In this document: positions 18,048 to 28,028 of the stretch, piece by piece
Layout of the letters: every line of letters begins with the position of its first letter
How positions within the stretch are numbered: the first letter of the stretch is position 1
From: Spirochaetia bacterium
GTDB lineage: Bacteria; Spirochaetota; Spirochaetia; DSM-27196; Salinispiraceae
Assembly: GCA_038204425.1 (NCBI GenBank)
Contig: JBBRCZ010000001.1
Location: 32,001 to 96,000 of the forward strand
Reading direction: 5' to 3'
Length of the DNA stretch: 64,000 nucleotides
Program-made: the position numbers and the translations under genes
Notes under the pieces: generated by a model
What the model saw: the letters and a program-made list of their open reading frames with translations, nothing else
Told to the model about the DNA's origin: nothing
The model's database searches: none

Positions 18048-19634
18048 TTAAAAAATCATTACCGGAGAAAGCAGGTAAACCATTATACCAAGAACGAATA
18101 CGTAAGCCAAACAAAAAAGCAAGGTTTGTCTAAGTATGGCACCTTCTTGGCCAGTTAGACCAGTAGAACTAGTCGCCACTGCAATTGATTGCGGACTAAT
18201 CATTTTGCCTGCCGTGGCGCCAGCAGTGTTGGCTGCAGCAAGCCAGTATGGATCGGCCCCAATCCTTCCAGCGACCTCAGTTTGAAGTTTACCAAAAAGG
18301 ATATTGGAGCTTGTGTCACTTCCCGTCACAAAGGTGCCCAGTGTACCGATTAGGCCGGCAATCAATGGATAAACGGGGCCAGCGACCAAAACCAGAAACT
18401 GTGCCAGCGTCGCTATCATACCAGAGTAGCCCATGATTTTGGCCATAGCCAGAATAGAAACCACGGTTATAGCCGAGTGCCGCAGCTTCCAACAAGTTTG
18501 GAAGAATATGCGCACCGTGTTGCCAATTTTTTGTTTTTGAATCAAAGATGCTGCAATTGCAGCAATAATGATGAGAACACCAGGTGTGTTTAGCCACTTA
18601 AAACTGACAGCTTTGCCCTGCTCGCCCCCAACAAACACAAAGGAACTTTGTACCGATGCCATAGCATGGTGCAAGCCGGATATTAGCGGGCTGCTAACAA
18701 GTATCAGTGTACAGATCAGAAGGTAGGGCAGCCATGCCAAGAAACCAGTCTTAAAGCTTATTTTATTTGCTAGTTCGACTGGAGATTCAGTGACTGTGGC
18801 CGGTGCTTGTTTTTGGCGTCGACGTGACAGCAGTATAGTTACTATCAGGCTCGAAATACTGCCAAGTAGTGCTGGAAGTTCGGCACCCAGAAATGCCGCC
18901 GCCAAGAGCTGTGGAACTGCGAAGGCCAAACCCGAAGCAAACGTAATGCCCCACACGCCTTTTAACGCGGCAAATCCATGACTTTGGCGAGTTTGGCCAG
19001 GTTTTTTGCGGTCGGCCACGGTTAGGCCGGTCATCATGACCAGCGCAAACGGAATTAGGATTATAAATGGGCTAAGTTGAATGCCGACTGCTAGGCTTAG
19101 TGTTTCTACGCGCAGTCCAGTAATCTGCGCTAAGGTACTCACTGGTATACCTACCGCACCAAAGGCGGTTGGCACGGTATTGGCTATCAAACTAAGTACG
19201 GCGGCAAAAAGCGGGTTAAAACCTAATGCAGCAAGTATACTTGCGGGAATTGCTACTGCAGTACCATAACCCGCTACAGATTCCAGAAATCCACCAAAGC
19301 CCCATGCCAAAATCAGAACTTGAATACGTCGATCTGACGAAATAGCAGTTAACATTTCTTTAATTACGTTGAGGCTGCCACTGGCTACGGCAAGGTTGTA
19401 AGTAAAGATCGCCGCAACAATTACCAGCATAATTGGCCACAATGCGATTGCCCCGCCTTCGGCTGCCGCGGCAAGTAGATCAACTATATTCATTTGAAAG
19501 ACAAAAAATGCTATTAAGGCACTACTCAACAATACTAATGGACTTGCAATATGAGCTGGCCACTTAAACGCTCCAAGGGCAATTAGTAAAAAAACTATCG
19601 GAACGAGAGTACTTATAATCAAAAGTGGATCCAT
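18048..19634 (-). CDS. L-lactate permease (LctP/LutP family)
   Basis: Polytopic; GFLESVAGYGT, ANTVPTAFGAVGIP, GSDTSSNILFG, GKMISPQSIAV. Confidence 0.93.
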   Translation of the reverse strand: MDPLLIISTLVPIVFLLIALGAFKWPAHIASPLVLLSSALIAFFVFQMNIVDLLAAAAEGGAIALWPIMLVIVAAIFTYNLAVASGSLNVIKEMLTAISSDRRIQVLILAWGFGGFLESVAGYGTAVAIPASILAALGFNPLFAAVLSLIANTVPTAFGAVGIPVSTLAQITGLRVETLSLAVGIQLSPFIILIPFALVMMTGLTVADRKKPGQTRQSHGFAALKGVWGITFASGLAFAVPQLLAAAFLGAELPALLGSISSLIVTILLSRRRQKQAPATVTESPVELANKISFKTGFLAWLPYLLICTLILVSSPLISGLHHAMASVQSSFVFVGGEQGKAVSFKWLNTPGVLIIIAAIAASLIQKQKIGNTVRIFFQTCWKLRHSAITVVSILAMAKIMGYSGMIATLAQFLVLVAGPVYPLIAGLIGTLGTFVTGSDTSSNILFGKLQTEVAGRIGADPYWLAAANTAGATAGKMISPQSIAVATSSTGLTGQEGAILRQTLLFCLAYVFVLGIMVYLLSPVMIF

Positions 19635-19681
19635 CTTATCAACCTTTTTTAAACGGTAGTTGGTTTAGGTAACGTGGATTC

Positions 19682-19720
19682 ATCATGTAGATTGCTTTTG
19701 CAACCGTCAAGTTGCAAAAG
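19682..19720 (-). promoter_or_regulatory. Lactate permease promoter with a palindromic operator around its -35
   Basis: Minus strand TTGACG-17nt-CATGAT; the -35 is the 6-nt spacer of the perfect repeat CTTTTGCAAC-N6-GTTGCAAAAG (19695-19720). Confidence 0.6.
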
Positions 19721-19768
19721 ACTCATAATTCTCAAACTAGATGACTTATGTCAGGTTCTAGTCAAACT

Positions 19769-20419
19769 TTATTGATCGTCGGTCAAAGACTCAAGTTCTT
19801 CAAGGTGGTGATCATCAAGTTCTGTATCACAAGAGTTGTCCACTGAGGGTATTTCTAGTTCGTCAAAATTAAGGTCGTCGGGAACATCAATCACATCGTC
19901 TTCGATCTCGGCTCTAAATGCTTCTTCAAATTCTTCGTCAAATTCTATCTCGCCTTCCGATTGCCATAATTCCAATGCTTCATCGGAATAGCGGTCCATA
20001 GCCAAGTACCAAGAGTCCTGATCCAGCTCTATGGTTTGATGCAAGGCGTCTAAAACGTGTCTCGGAATCCGGTTTTGTTCGGCCAGCCAACTATAAAAAT
20101 CCACAATACTTGCTATCATTGACTTTTGATCCTCTGTGCCCGTCCACATCGCCTTATGGACCAAAAAATCGCCAATAAACTCGCTTACAACCGATGGCTC
20201 AGCACCGTAGTCAATATTCAGAGGCGCCTTTTTGGCAACGAAGTGTTCAAAGTAGAAGTCTAAATTGTTGTGGTGTTCTTCAATTTGTTCGCTAACTAGA
20301 CCGTCATCTGTGAGATGTCCCGTAAAAAGTTTGACAAACTGCTCAAAGTTGGGTGGGGGCGCTTGGTCTGTTGAATAGTTAAAAAGAGTATTCTCTTGGT
20401 CCATACTTGTATCTTCCAC
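19769..20419 (-). CDS. Acidic hypothetical protein resembling a stand-alone tyrosine-recombinase N-terminal (SAM-like/core-binding) domain
   Basis: Helical pattern GLVSEQIEEHHNNLDFY...SIVDFYSWL; no catalytic domain; D/E-rich tail. Confidence 0.6.
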   Translation of the reverse strand: MEDTSMDQENTLFNYSTDQAPPPNFEQFVKLFTGHLTDDGLVSEQIEEHHNNLDFYFEHFVAKKAPLNIDYGAEPSVVSEFIGDFLVHKAMWTGTEDQKSMIASIVDFYSWLAEQNRIPRHVLDALHQTIELDQDSWYLAMDRYSDEALELWQSEGEIEFDEEFEEAFRAEIEDDVIDVPDDLNFDELEIPSVDNSCDTELDDHHLEELESLTDDQ

Positions 20420-20575
20420 AAGTCAACCATAACCCCAAGCGCATCTTCCAGCAAGTATGGACCGTTAGTCGGTTTGCTTCAAATCGCTGTAAAACACTTT
20501 TTTGACACTATTTTCTTGAAAAATAGCCTGCGGAGAGCTAAACTTATTCCAATGATATTCTCAATGGAGGGAATT

Positions 20576-21502
20576 ATGAAGAAGATTACGTTTGTAAAGT
20601 TTGGATTGGCACTGCTTATTGCGGCTGCCTTAAGCAGTTGTTCATTGTTAAGTGTGGCAGGTACTGTCATTGATGCCAAGGCCGCAGCAGGTAGCCTTGG
20701 CACCCTTGATGGAGCTACAGTAACTTTAACTGGAGACAAGGGTATTTTTACTGGTAACGTCGTCAGTGGTAGCTACATTATTGATTTAGTACCAGATGGT
20801 ACTTACACCATCAATGTGACCAAGTCTGGCTACGCCTTTTTGCCAGAGACCTTTACCGTTTCGGGTTTGTTTGTGACAGCGCCTGACGTTATTGGGTTTC
20901 CTGCGCCATCCGTTAATTCAGTCTTGGTATTGTTGAAGTGGGAAAACAAGTCCAGAGACCTTGACTTGCATGCAGTTGCCGGTGCCGACAACGATTGGAC
21001 CACCCTCGACGGTAACGACAATGTCAAACATGTTTACTATGGCAACACGTCGTACGCAACCAACGGCTATGATCTTACTCTAGATAGAGATATTACTGAG
21101 GGCAATATCGCAGCAAATATTCCATTGGAAACTATTAGTATTTCTGACAGCGCTGCAGCAACAACACCAGAAGAAGTCCGTTTCTATGTACATAGTTATA
21201 GTACAACTAATGGGCTTACTGGAGGAATCAATGGTGGCACAACAACGGTTTCTGCAAAAGCCAAAGTTTATGCAATTCAATATGAACCTGCCAAGTCTGG
21301 AACTAAAGAAACGGTGCTGGGCATTTGGACACTTCCAACAGATACCTTGGAAACTTCACTGAGAGTATTTAAATTGACTCTTGATGAAGTTAGCGGACTG
21401 GTATTTGACAATTTAGTAACCGACACAGTCAACCTCGGTGCTGGTGTAGTTGTTAGGTCTGGAACTAATGGTGTTATAGGCATTCCTTCACAGATCAAGT
21501 AA
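20576..21502 (+). CDS. Surface lipoprotein with carboxypeptidase-regulatory-like Ig domain and YfaP/TerD-like beta domain
   Basis: GGAGG SD, lipobox LSSC, VPDGTYTINVTKSGY, LKWENKSRDLDLH...LDRD...ETISI. Confidence 0.72.
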   Translation: MKKITFVKFGLALLIAAALSSCSLLSVAGTVIDAKAAAGSLGTLDGATVTLTGDKGIFTGNVVSGSYIIDLVPDGTYTINVTKSGYAFLPETFTVSGLFVTAPDVIGFPAPSVNSVLVLLKWENKSRDLDLHAVAGADNDWTTLDGNDNVKHVYYGNTSYATNGYDLTLDRDITEGNIAANIPLETISISDSAAATTPEEVRFYVHSYSTTNGLTGGINGGTTTVSAKAKVYAIQYEPAKSGTKETVLGIWTLPTDTLETSLRVFKLTLDEVSGLVFDNLVTDTVNLGAGVVVRSGTNGVIGIPSQIK

Positions 21503-21529
21503 TTTTTTAGAACTAAGAGTTGTTATAAT

Positions 21530-21558
21530 AATGGGAGGCACTAGGTCTCCCATTTTTT
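21530..21558 (+). terminator. Intrinsic terminator-like hairpin between the lipoprotein and PEGA genes
   Basis: AATGGGAGGC-ACTAG-GTCTCCCATT plus T run. Confidence 0.7.
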
Positions 21559-21575
21559 CGTAAGGAGTTAGATAG

Positions 21576-22673
21576 ATGATAAAAAAGACATTGATTTTTT
21601 TGGCAGTGCTGTTGTTGGCGGCTGTGTCAGTCTTTGCGCAGCGTTCCGGTCGTCTCAGCACTGAGGCACAGAATTACACCTTAACCGTGGTTGTTAATGG
21701 TGCGCCTAATTTTCAGATATTTGTAAACAACAATGCTATCAAAGGCAATGCGCTACAATTGCCCGCCGGTAGCCACACGGTACGAGTCCAAGCAAACGGC
21801 TTTCAAGTGTGGCAGACAACGGTCAACTTGACTTCAAACCAGCAAATTAGAGCAGATTTGGTACCCTTAACTTTTGCACTTAGCTTTAATATCAGGGGCA
21901 GCAAAAGTTTTCAAATTGCCGTCAATGGTAACACTATCAAAGGCAACTCGATACAATTGTCGGCTGGCAATCACAACGTAGAGGTGAGTGCCAATGGTTA
22001 TCAGACTTACCAGACAACGGTTAACCTAAGTGGAAACCAAACTATCACGGTTGATTTGATTCAGAACAACTATACTTTGTCCATCAATGTTAGCGGTAGC
22101 AAGGACTATCAGATTTCGGTCAACGGTAGTTCGATCAAGGGTAATTCTGTAAGTTTGCCACCTGGCACTCATACGGTTCAAGTTAGTGCCAATGGTTTTC
22201 AGACCTATCAAACCAGCGTTAACCTTTCCTCTTCGCAGTCTTTAAACGTTCAGTTGGTATCACTAACTTATTCACTGGCAATAAATGTTAGCGGCAGCAA
22301 ATCTTTCCAGATTAGTGTCAACGGTTCGCTAATATCTGGCAACACGATTCAACTTCCTGCTGGTAGCCATACGGTGCAGGTTACTGCCAACGGCTTTCAA
22401 ACTTACCAGACTAGCATTAATTTAAGTTCCTCGCAGGTAGTCAATGTACAATTGGTGGCACTTACCGGAACTCTAAGGGTCAACCTTCCTCGAAATGCCA
22501 GCCTTAAGATCAATGGAAGGCAATCAAAAGATAGCACCGTTAGTCTGCCAGAAGGCCAGTATACGATCGAAGTAGAACTTGCCTCGTTAAAAACACAAAC
22601 ACAAGTACAGATTGTCGCAGGTCAGACAATCGAACTTAACGTTGGTTTGTCTCTATTAACCGTAAACAACTAA
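21576..22673 (+). CDS. Secreted PEGA-repeat protein (four 66-aa repeats plus one divergent)
   Basis: Signal peptide ending VFA; repeated motif FQISVNG..I.GN...LPAGSHTVQV.ANGFQTYQT..NL; AAGGAG SD. Confidence 0.85.
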   Translation: MIKKTLIFLAVLLLAAVSVFAQRSGRLSTEAQNYTLTVVVNGAPNFQIFVNNNAIKGNALQLPAGSHTVRVQANGFQVWQTTVNLTSNQQIRADLVPLTFALSFNIRGSKSFQIAVNGNTIKGNSIQLSAGNHNVEVSANGYQTYQTTVNLSGNQTITVDLIQNNYTLSINVSGSKDYQISVNGSSIKGNSVSLPPGTHTVQVSANGFQTYQTSVNLSSSQSLNVQLVSLTYSLAINVSGSKSFQISVNGSLISGNTIQLPAGSHTVQVTANGFQTYQTSINLSSSQVVNVQLVALTGTLRVNLPRNASLKINGRQSKDSTVSLPEGQYTIEVELASLKTQTQVQIVAGQTIELNVGLSLLTVNN

Positions 22674-22705
22674 CTCTTTGTCGATCGTACTAATTTTATG
22701 CTTTG

Positions 22706-22734
22706 AGACCCCAGATTTTCTGGGGTCTTTTTTT
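22706..22734 (+). terminator. Intrinsic terminator
   Basis: AGACCCCAGA-TTT-TCTGGGGTCT plus T run. Confidence 0.88.
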
Positions 22735-22846
22735 GTATTTGGCTTGGAATGCAAGACAAAAGTAAGATAATTTGGTTTAGTGAACAGAGTCGGCAACGTA
22801 TGCGCAGTCGAGGTGTCTTTAAGGTAACGAACAAAAGAGGATTACC

Positions 22847-23407
22847 ATGAACAAGATCAACAAATCAGCTTATTTGGTTCTGGCAGATGGATTTGAGGAA
22901 ATCGAGGCCATAACGGTGATAGACTTTCTGCGTCGTGGTGGCATTGAAGTACTAGTGCTCGGAGTAAATAAAGCCAGATTAAAGGGCAGCCATGGCATTG
23001 TAGTGGAGGCTGATTGGGCGCTCGCTGGCGATGAATCCTTGTGTGATGCACTGGTACTGCCTGGTGGTTCACCTGGTTCAGAAAATTTAGCCGCATCGCA
23101 AGAACTGGGAAAGCTCTTGGATGCGCACTTTAAAAATGATCGTCTTATTGCCGCTATCTGTGCCGCTCCGAGTTTGGTTTTGGGTCCGTGTGGCATTTTA
23201 AGAGATAGGCGTTATACCTGCTTCCCAGACAAGGAAGACGCAAGTAGTCAAGGCATCTATACGGCAAATAGAGTAGAAGTCGACGGAAGGCTGATTACTT
23301 CAAAGGCTGTAGGTACTTCGGCTGAGTTTAGCTTAGCAATTATTGAAGCCTTACTTGGTAGTGAAGCTGCAAAGCAACTAGAAGAACGAACTTTTGTAAT
23401 CCGATAG
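22847..23407 (+). CDS. DJ-1/YajL (ThiJ/PfpI) family glyoxalase/deglycase
   Basis: GFEEIEA, VLPGG, nucleophile in AAICAAP. Confidence 0.93.
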   Translation: MNKINKSAYLVLADGFEEIEAITVIDFLRRGGIEVLVLGVNKARLKGSHGIVVEADWALAGDESLCDALVLPGGSPGSENLAASQELGKLLDAHFKNDRLIAAICAAPSLVLGPCGILRDRRYTCFPDKEDASSQGIYTANRVEVDGRLITSKAVGTSAEFSLAIIEALLGSEAAKQLEERTFVIR

Positions 23408-23494
23408 TCACTCTAGTGCAATCAAAACCTATTGGCGTGTTGTTATTGTGCTGTGGACCAACAAAGATCGCTATTACACAGTCGCTGCACGCAG

Positions 23495-25024
23495 ATGTTC
23501 TGGATCAGATTATTTTTTTTGGGTCTTTTTTCTTTATTGCTTGTAGAAAAAAACAATGCCAGCGAACCAGATTGGCAAACCAAGTTGACTTTAGAATTTG
23601 AAGCCAGGCACGGCGTTCTTTATGGCCGTATGACTGGCGACTTGGAAATTGCAATGGCCAACGACCGCGCGTTTGTGCACCTACCATTCCAAGTTGACGA
23701 GTATTTTGCTAGTGCTCCCAGCTTGGGACTCGAGCAGACATTTGCCGACCTTCGTATTTGGTTTGATAGCAAGTATCTGCGAGGTGGCAATGTATACGCA
23801 GATGGTATGGTACGACTTCAGAATGGAACAAGTCCCCATTCTATATGGGGTTACCGTCTTTCGGGCCTTGATGGTATTAAGGCTGCTTTTAGAACCGTCA
23901 CCAGTGATAGCCAAGATGCCTGGTGGGGTGCCAGCGTTCTTTTACCGTTGACTAGAGCAGATCTTATACAAGGCTTTGTAGGTATTGACCCCAGCGGACT
24001 TGGGAAAGGCTGGGTTCTCAGCGGCTTAATGCATCAATCTGTGCTGAATAGTATTGTAGTAGCACCTTGGCAAAGTACCCAATTTGTATTTGATACGGGC
24101 CTGTTGCAAGGGCGATTTACTGATAAAGAAGACATCATACTAAGGCAAGATGATGCTTGGTTTAATGAATCATCTTTGTGGAATCCCAATGGAAGCCTTA
24201 AGTTTTTTGTCTGCCCAAATGTGACTACGCAGTTTGGCGATCCAAGCAACAAAACCAAACTAAGCGCTTTAGCAAACCTGCAGGTAAGTTTTAGTTGGCC
24301 ATTGCCTCCATCTCTATATTTGGTCTCTGCGTTCAGCTGGCTAGAAACTTGGCGCGATCAAGACAAACAGACTTGGACCTTGGACAGCTATCTGCAAGTA
24401 CTGGTAAAAGATAATCATTGGCGAGATTGGTTTGGAAAGAGTACAAGCGAAGACCTGAAGGCCATGATTCGCACTAGTCTTAGCATGCCCAACCGTAACA
24501 GTATAAGATGGCAAGCTCAGTTTGGTTTGCCATCTATTGCTGTGCAGCAGAATGAGTCTGATCAAGAGTCATGGCGCATCGGTATTGGTTTTAAGCATGA
24601 TAAACAAGCAAAGTTAATGGTAGACTTTTTTCTGGAAGATCAAAATCAATGGGACGCAAGCGCCGCCTTGGCGTACCTGTTTAAACTCGGTGCCAAAAGC
24701 GACACCTGGTTGTTGAGCTTGGCATCCAGTGTCAGTGAAAAAAAAATGGCACTTGAACTGGCGGGGCAACTTAAGCTTACTCAGCTGACCATATCGACCC
24801 AGTTTGAGCTCATGAGCCCTTGGGATAGCTGGCTTTTAGAATTTGGCCTAGATACCAAACTGGGCCTTACCTGCAACGATATAGAAATTGACCAAAAAAA
24901 CTTTTTAAATTTGGCAGCCAGTATGACACTGGATTTGGCTATTGCGCAGCAAAGTCTGGAGCAGATTTTGAATCTTGCACAATTTGGGTTTGAGATTACC
25001 GCCTCACTTACAAGCAAGCATTAA
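23495..25024 (+). CDS. Hypothetical exported protein, possibly outer-membrane beta-rich
   Basis: Long ORF, N-terminal hydrophobic segment, Trp-rich alternating beta-strand patterns; no family recognised. Confidence 0.6.
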   Translation: MFWIRLFFLGLFSLLLVEKNNASEPDWQTKLTLEFEARHGVLYGRMTGDLEIAMANDRAFVHLPFQVDEYFASAPSLGLEQTFADLRIWFDSKYLRGGNVYADGMVRLQNGTSPHSIWGYRLSGLDGIKAAFRTVTSDSQDAWWGASVLLPLTRADLIQGFVGIDPSGLGKGWVLSGLMHQSVLNSIVVAPWQSTQFVFDTGLLQGRFTDKEDIILRQDDAWFNESSLWNPNGSLKFFVCPNVTTQFGDPSNKTKLSALANLQVSFSWPLPPSLYLVSAFSWLETWRDQDKQTWTLDSYLQVLVKDNHWRDWFGKSTSEDLKAMIRTSLSMPNRNSIRWQAQFGLPSIAVQQNESDQESWRIGIGFKHDKQAKLMVDFFLEDQNQWDASAALAYLFKLGAKSDTWLLSLASSVSEKKMALELAGQLKLTQLTISTQFELMSPWDSWLLEFGLDTKLGLTCNDIEIDQKNFLNLAASMTLDLAIAQQSLEQILNLAQFGFEITASLTSKH

Positions 25025-25039
25025 TTGGCCGCACGATGT

Positions 25040-25960
25040 CTACTGCCAGTCGCCAAGCAAGACTACTTCTTCTTCTAACTCAAATCCTAGTTGGTCTTTT
25101 ACTGCGCTTTTTATCAGAATCATTAGATCCCAAATGTCTTTTGAGCTGGCTTTTTTTACGTTTACAATAATATTGGCGTGTCGTTCAGAAATTTGTGCAC
25201 CTCCACACCGTGTGCCTCTAAGACCGAGGCTATCAATGATTTGGCCACTTGGTGCGCCAAAAGCACGATTATTTTTAAACACACTGCCGGCGCAAGGATA
25301 GTCAAAGTGACCTTTAGAGCGTCTATCGGCCTCAAACTCGTGCATTTTCTTCCAAGATTTGCGTTTGTTGCCAGCTTGCAGGTTAAAACAAGCCTCAGTA
25401 ATTATCCATCGGTTTTTCATAAACGGCGTGTCTTTGTAGTCAAATCGATGTTGCGTGGGTAGCAAGGTTTGCTCGACCAGATTTTGGTCCAAATAGCGAA
25501 CCCATACTAGTACCTCACGCAGCTCACTACCGTAGCAGCGAGCGTTCATGTAAACTGCGCCGCCAGTACTTCCGGGCATTGAGAATATAAACTCGAGCCC
25601 AGATAGACTGGCGTTAGCGGCCTTTGCTGAAACAGTTGAAATGGGCAAGCCAGACGAACAAACGATGGTTTGGGCTTTTGCATCAATTTTGCAATGCTTA
25701 AGTTTGGTGGTATCTATCACCAAGCCCCTAACTCCGGTATCACTGACTAAAATGTTTGCGCCTCCACCAATAGTGGAGCTATGAATTTGCTGTTCTTTTG
25801 ACCAAAAAAGCATTTTTTTGAGACTTTCTAGGTCATAGGGTTGGAAAAAAATATCGGCTGCACCTCCCGTTCTAAAGGTGCTGTGTTTGGCCATCGGTTC
25901 GTTAAAGTATAACGCTCCATTACAATTGATTTTTTTGAGGCTTTCCCGTACGCTATCCAT
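25040..25960 (-). CDS. murB: UDP-N-acetylenolpyruvoylglucosamine reductase
   Basis: HSTFRTGG, GGGANILV, PGSTGGAVYMNA, AGSVFKN, HANIIVN. Confidence 0.96.
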   Translation of the reverse strand: MDSVRESLKKINCNGALYFNEPMAKHSTFRTGGAADIFFQPYDLESLKKMLFWSKEQQIHSSTIGGGANILVSDTGVRGLVIDTTKLKHCKIDAKAQTIVCSSGLPISTVSAKAANASLSGLEFIFSMPGSTGGAVYMNARCYGSELREVLVWVRYLDQNLVEQTLLPTQHRFDYKDTPFMKNRWIITEACFNLQAGNKRKSWKKMHEFEADRRSKGHFDYPCAGSVFKNNRAFGAPSGQIIDSLGLRGTRCGGAQISERHANIIVNVKKASSKDIWDLMILIKSAVKDQLGFELEEEVVLLGDWQ

Positions 25961-26008
25961 CTTCGGTACTATAGCCGTTAGCAAGCCGCATGAAAAGAGA
26001 GGTTGTAC

Positions 26009-27475
26009 ATGGCGTTACAATTGTACAATTCCCGTACCCGACAGCTCGAACCTTTTGTTTCTATAGAAGAAGGGCTGGTCAAATTCTATTGTTGCGGTCC
26101 GACAGTGTACAATTTTGCTCATCTAGGAAACCTGAGAACTTATATTTTTGAAGATTTACTACGACGCACGTTTTTGGCTTTAGGCTGGAAGGTAAAGCAC
26201 GTAATGAATGTCACCGATGTTGGGCATTTAAGTGACGATGGCGACGACGGTGAAGATAAGATTATAAAAGCTGCTCGTCAAAAAAAAATGTCAGTGTGGG
26301 ATATTGCCCAATACTATACTGATACCTTTTTTGAGGATTGTAAAAAACTAAACATTCTTCGACCAGAAGTGGTCTGCAAGGCGACTGATCATATCCAAGA
26401 AATGATTGATCTTATAAAAAAGCTCGAACAAAATGGATTGACCTATCAAGCTGGTGGAAACGTTTACTATGAAGTGAGCAAATTTGAGCGCTACAATGAG
26501 CTTGCGCGTTTGGACAAACAAGAATTAAGAGACGGTGCGCGGATAGAAGTTGATGAGCATAAGAAGAACCCACGCGACTTTGCATTGTGGTTCACCAATT
26601 CAAAGTTTTCTGACCAGGCTATGTTGTGGGATTCGCCTTGGGGCAGGGGCTATCCTGGCTGGCATATTGAGTGTTCTGCCATGAGTACTCAATATCTGGG
26701 TGAGCACTTTGACGTCCATTGTGGTGGTGTGGATCATATCAACGTTCACCATACCAACGAGATTGCGCAGACGGAAGGCGCGTACGGAAACCATCCTTGG
26801 GTCAACTACTGGATGCATGCCGAGTTTTTGCTTTTAGATTCGTCCAAAATGTCAAAGTCTTCAGGACAGTTTTTGACGGTCGATCGGCTCGCTGAGGCAG
26901 GCTTTGAGCCTTTGGACTTTAGGTACTTTTGCTTAGGCGCAAGCTACAGAACCCAACTAAATTACAGTGATGAAGCAATGCAAGCTGCCAAAAATGCACG
27001 AAAAAGACTCATTGATCGACTTTACACTATATATGCGTCTCTAATGAGCAACTATAGCGACAATAATCTTATTGACCCCCTGTTAAGCATTACCCTAGAT
27101 AATCCTAGGCTATTGCGATTTGTTGATGCGATAAGTGACGACCTTAATATGCCACAAGCGATTGCTTGTGTTTGGGAAACATTAAAGTCCGACCTAGACG
27201 CATCCGAAAAATTGAGCGTAATCTTAGAAATGGACAAGGTTTTGGGTCTATCGTTACTAACTTGCTTGCGAGAAAGAAAAAACAATCAAGTCAACAAAGC
27301 TATTGCCAACAACGATAATGATAAAGATCGCATACTTGCTCTTATCGAAGAGAGAATCCAAGCACGAGCAAACAAGAATTTTCTACGTTCCGATGAAATC
27401 CGAGATTTACTCAAGGCAGAAGGCATAATTCTGGTTGATACGGCGGGCGGTACCACATGGTCAAAAGCCAACTAG
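26009..27475 (+). CDS. cysS: Cysteine--tRNA ligase
   Basis: CGPTVY, HLGN (HIGH-like), PGWHIECSAM, KMSKS. Confidence 0.98.
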   Translation: MALQLYNSRTRQLEPFVSIEEGLVKFYCCGPTVYNFAHLGNLRTYIFEDLLRRTFLALGWKVKHVMNVTDVGHLSDDGDDGEDKIIKAARQKKMSVWDIAQYYTDTFFEDCKKLNILRPEVVCKATDHIQEMIDLIKKLEQNGLTYQAGGNVYYEVSKFERYNELARLDKQELRDGARIEVDEHKKNPRDFALWFTNSKFSDQAMLWDSPWGRGYPGWHIECSAMSTQYLGEHFDVHCGGVDHINVHHTNEIAQTEGAYGNHPWVNYWMHAEFLLLDSSKMSKSSGQFLTVDRLAEAGFEPLDFRYFCLGASYRTQLNYSDEAMQAAKNARKRLIDRLYTIYASLMSNYSDNNLIDPLLSITLDNPRLLRFVDAISDDLNMPQAIACVWETLKSDLDASEKLSVILEMDKVLGLSLLTCLRERKNNQVNKAIANNDNDKDRILALIEERIQARANKNFLRSDEIRDLLKAEGIILVDTAGGTTWSKAN

Positions 27476-27508
27476 GGCACTGTAACACAAGACGAGGATG
27501 GTTGTTTA

Positions 27509-28027
27509 ATGTCATGGGTGCATGATAAAGATTTACGATTTAAGCAAGTCTACGATGAGGTCTTTCCAATTGTTCTCAAACTGGTATGGCGGGTAACTGG
27601 TGACCAAGAGAGTGCTGAGGAGCTATGTCAGGATGCTTTCATCAAACTCTATGAACGCTTGGATAATTTTCCTGACAACAATCAGGCCAAATATTGGATG
27701 ATCCGTGTTGCCAAAAATCACGCGCTCAACTATGTGAAGAGGAAGCAGCGAGAAAGGCACGCTTATGAAAAGGTCTTAAAACAACCTGAGCGGATTTTGG
27801 AAGATGGCGAAGGCAAACTGATACGAGCCGAAGAAAAGCTATCGGTACAGTTAGCTCTGGAAAAACTGCCACCAAATATGAAAGAGATTTTGGTAATGAA
27901 AGAATATGGTGAGATGAACTATAGGGATATTGGAAAAGTGCTGGGTATTAGTGAGGCAAACGTAAAGGTTCGAATGTTTCGTGCCCGCCAACGATTACTT
28001 TCGATTATGGAAAAGGAGGGGGTATAA
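27509..28027 (+). CDS. ECF RNA polymerase sigma factor
   Basis: Region 2 AEELCQDAFIKL..WMIRVAKN; region 4 YRDIGKVLGISEANVKVRMFRARQRL. Confidence 0.95.
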   Translation: MSWVHDKDLRFKQVYDEVFPIVLKLVWRVTGDQESAEELCQDAFIKLYERLDNFPDNNQAKYWMIRVAKNHALNYVKRKQRERHAYEKVLKQPERILEDGEGKLIRAEEKLSVQLALEKLPPNMKEILVMKEYGEMNYRDIGKVLGISEANVKVRMFRARQRLLSIMEKEGV

Positions 28028-28028
28028 T

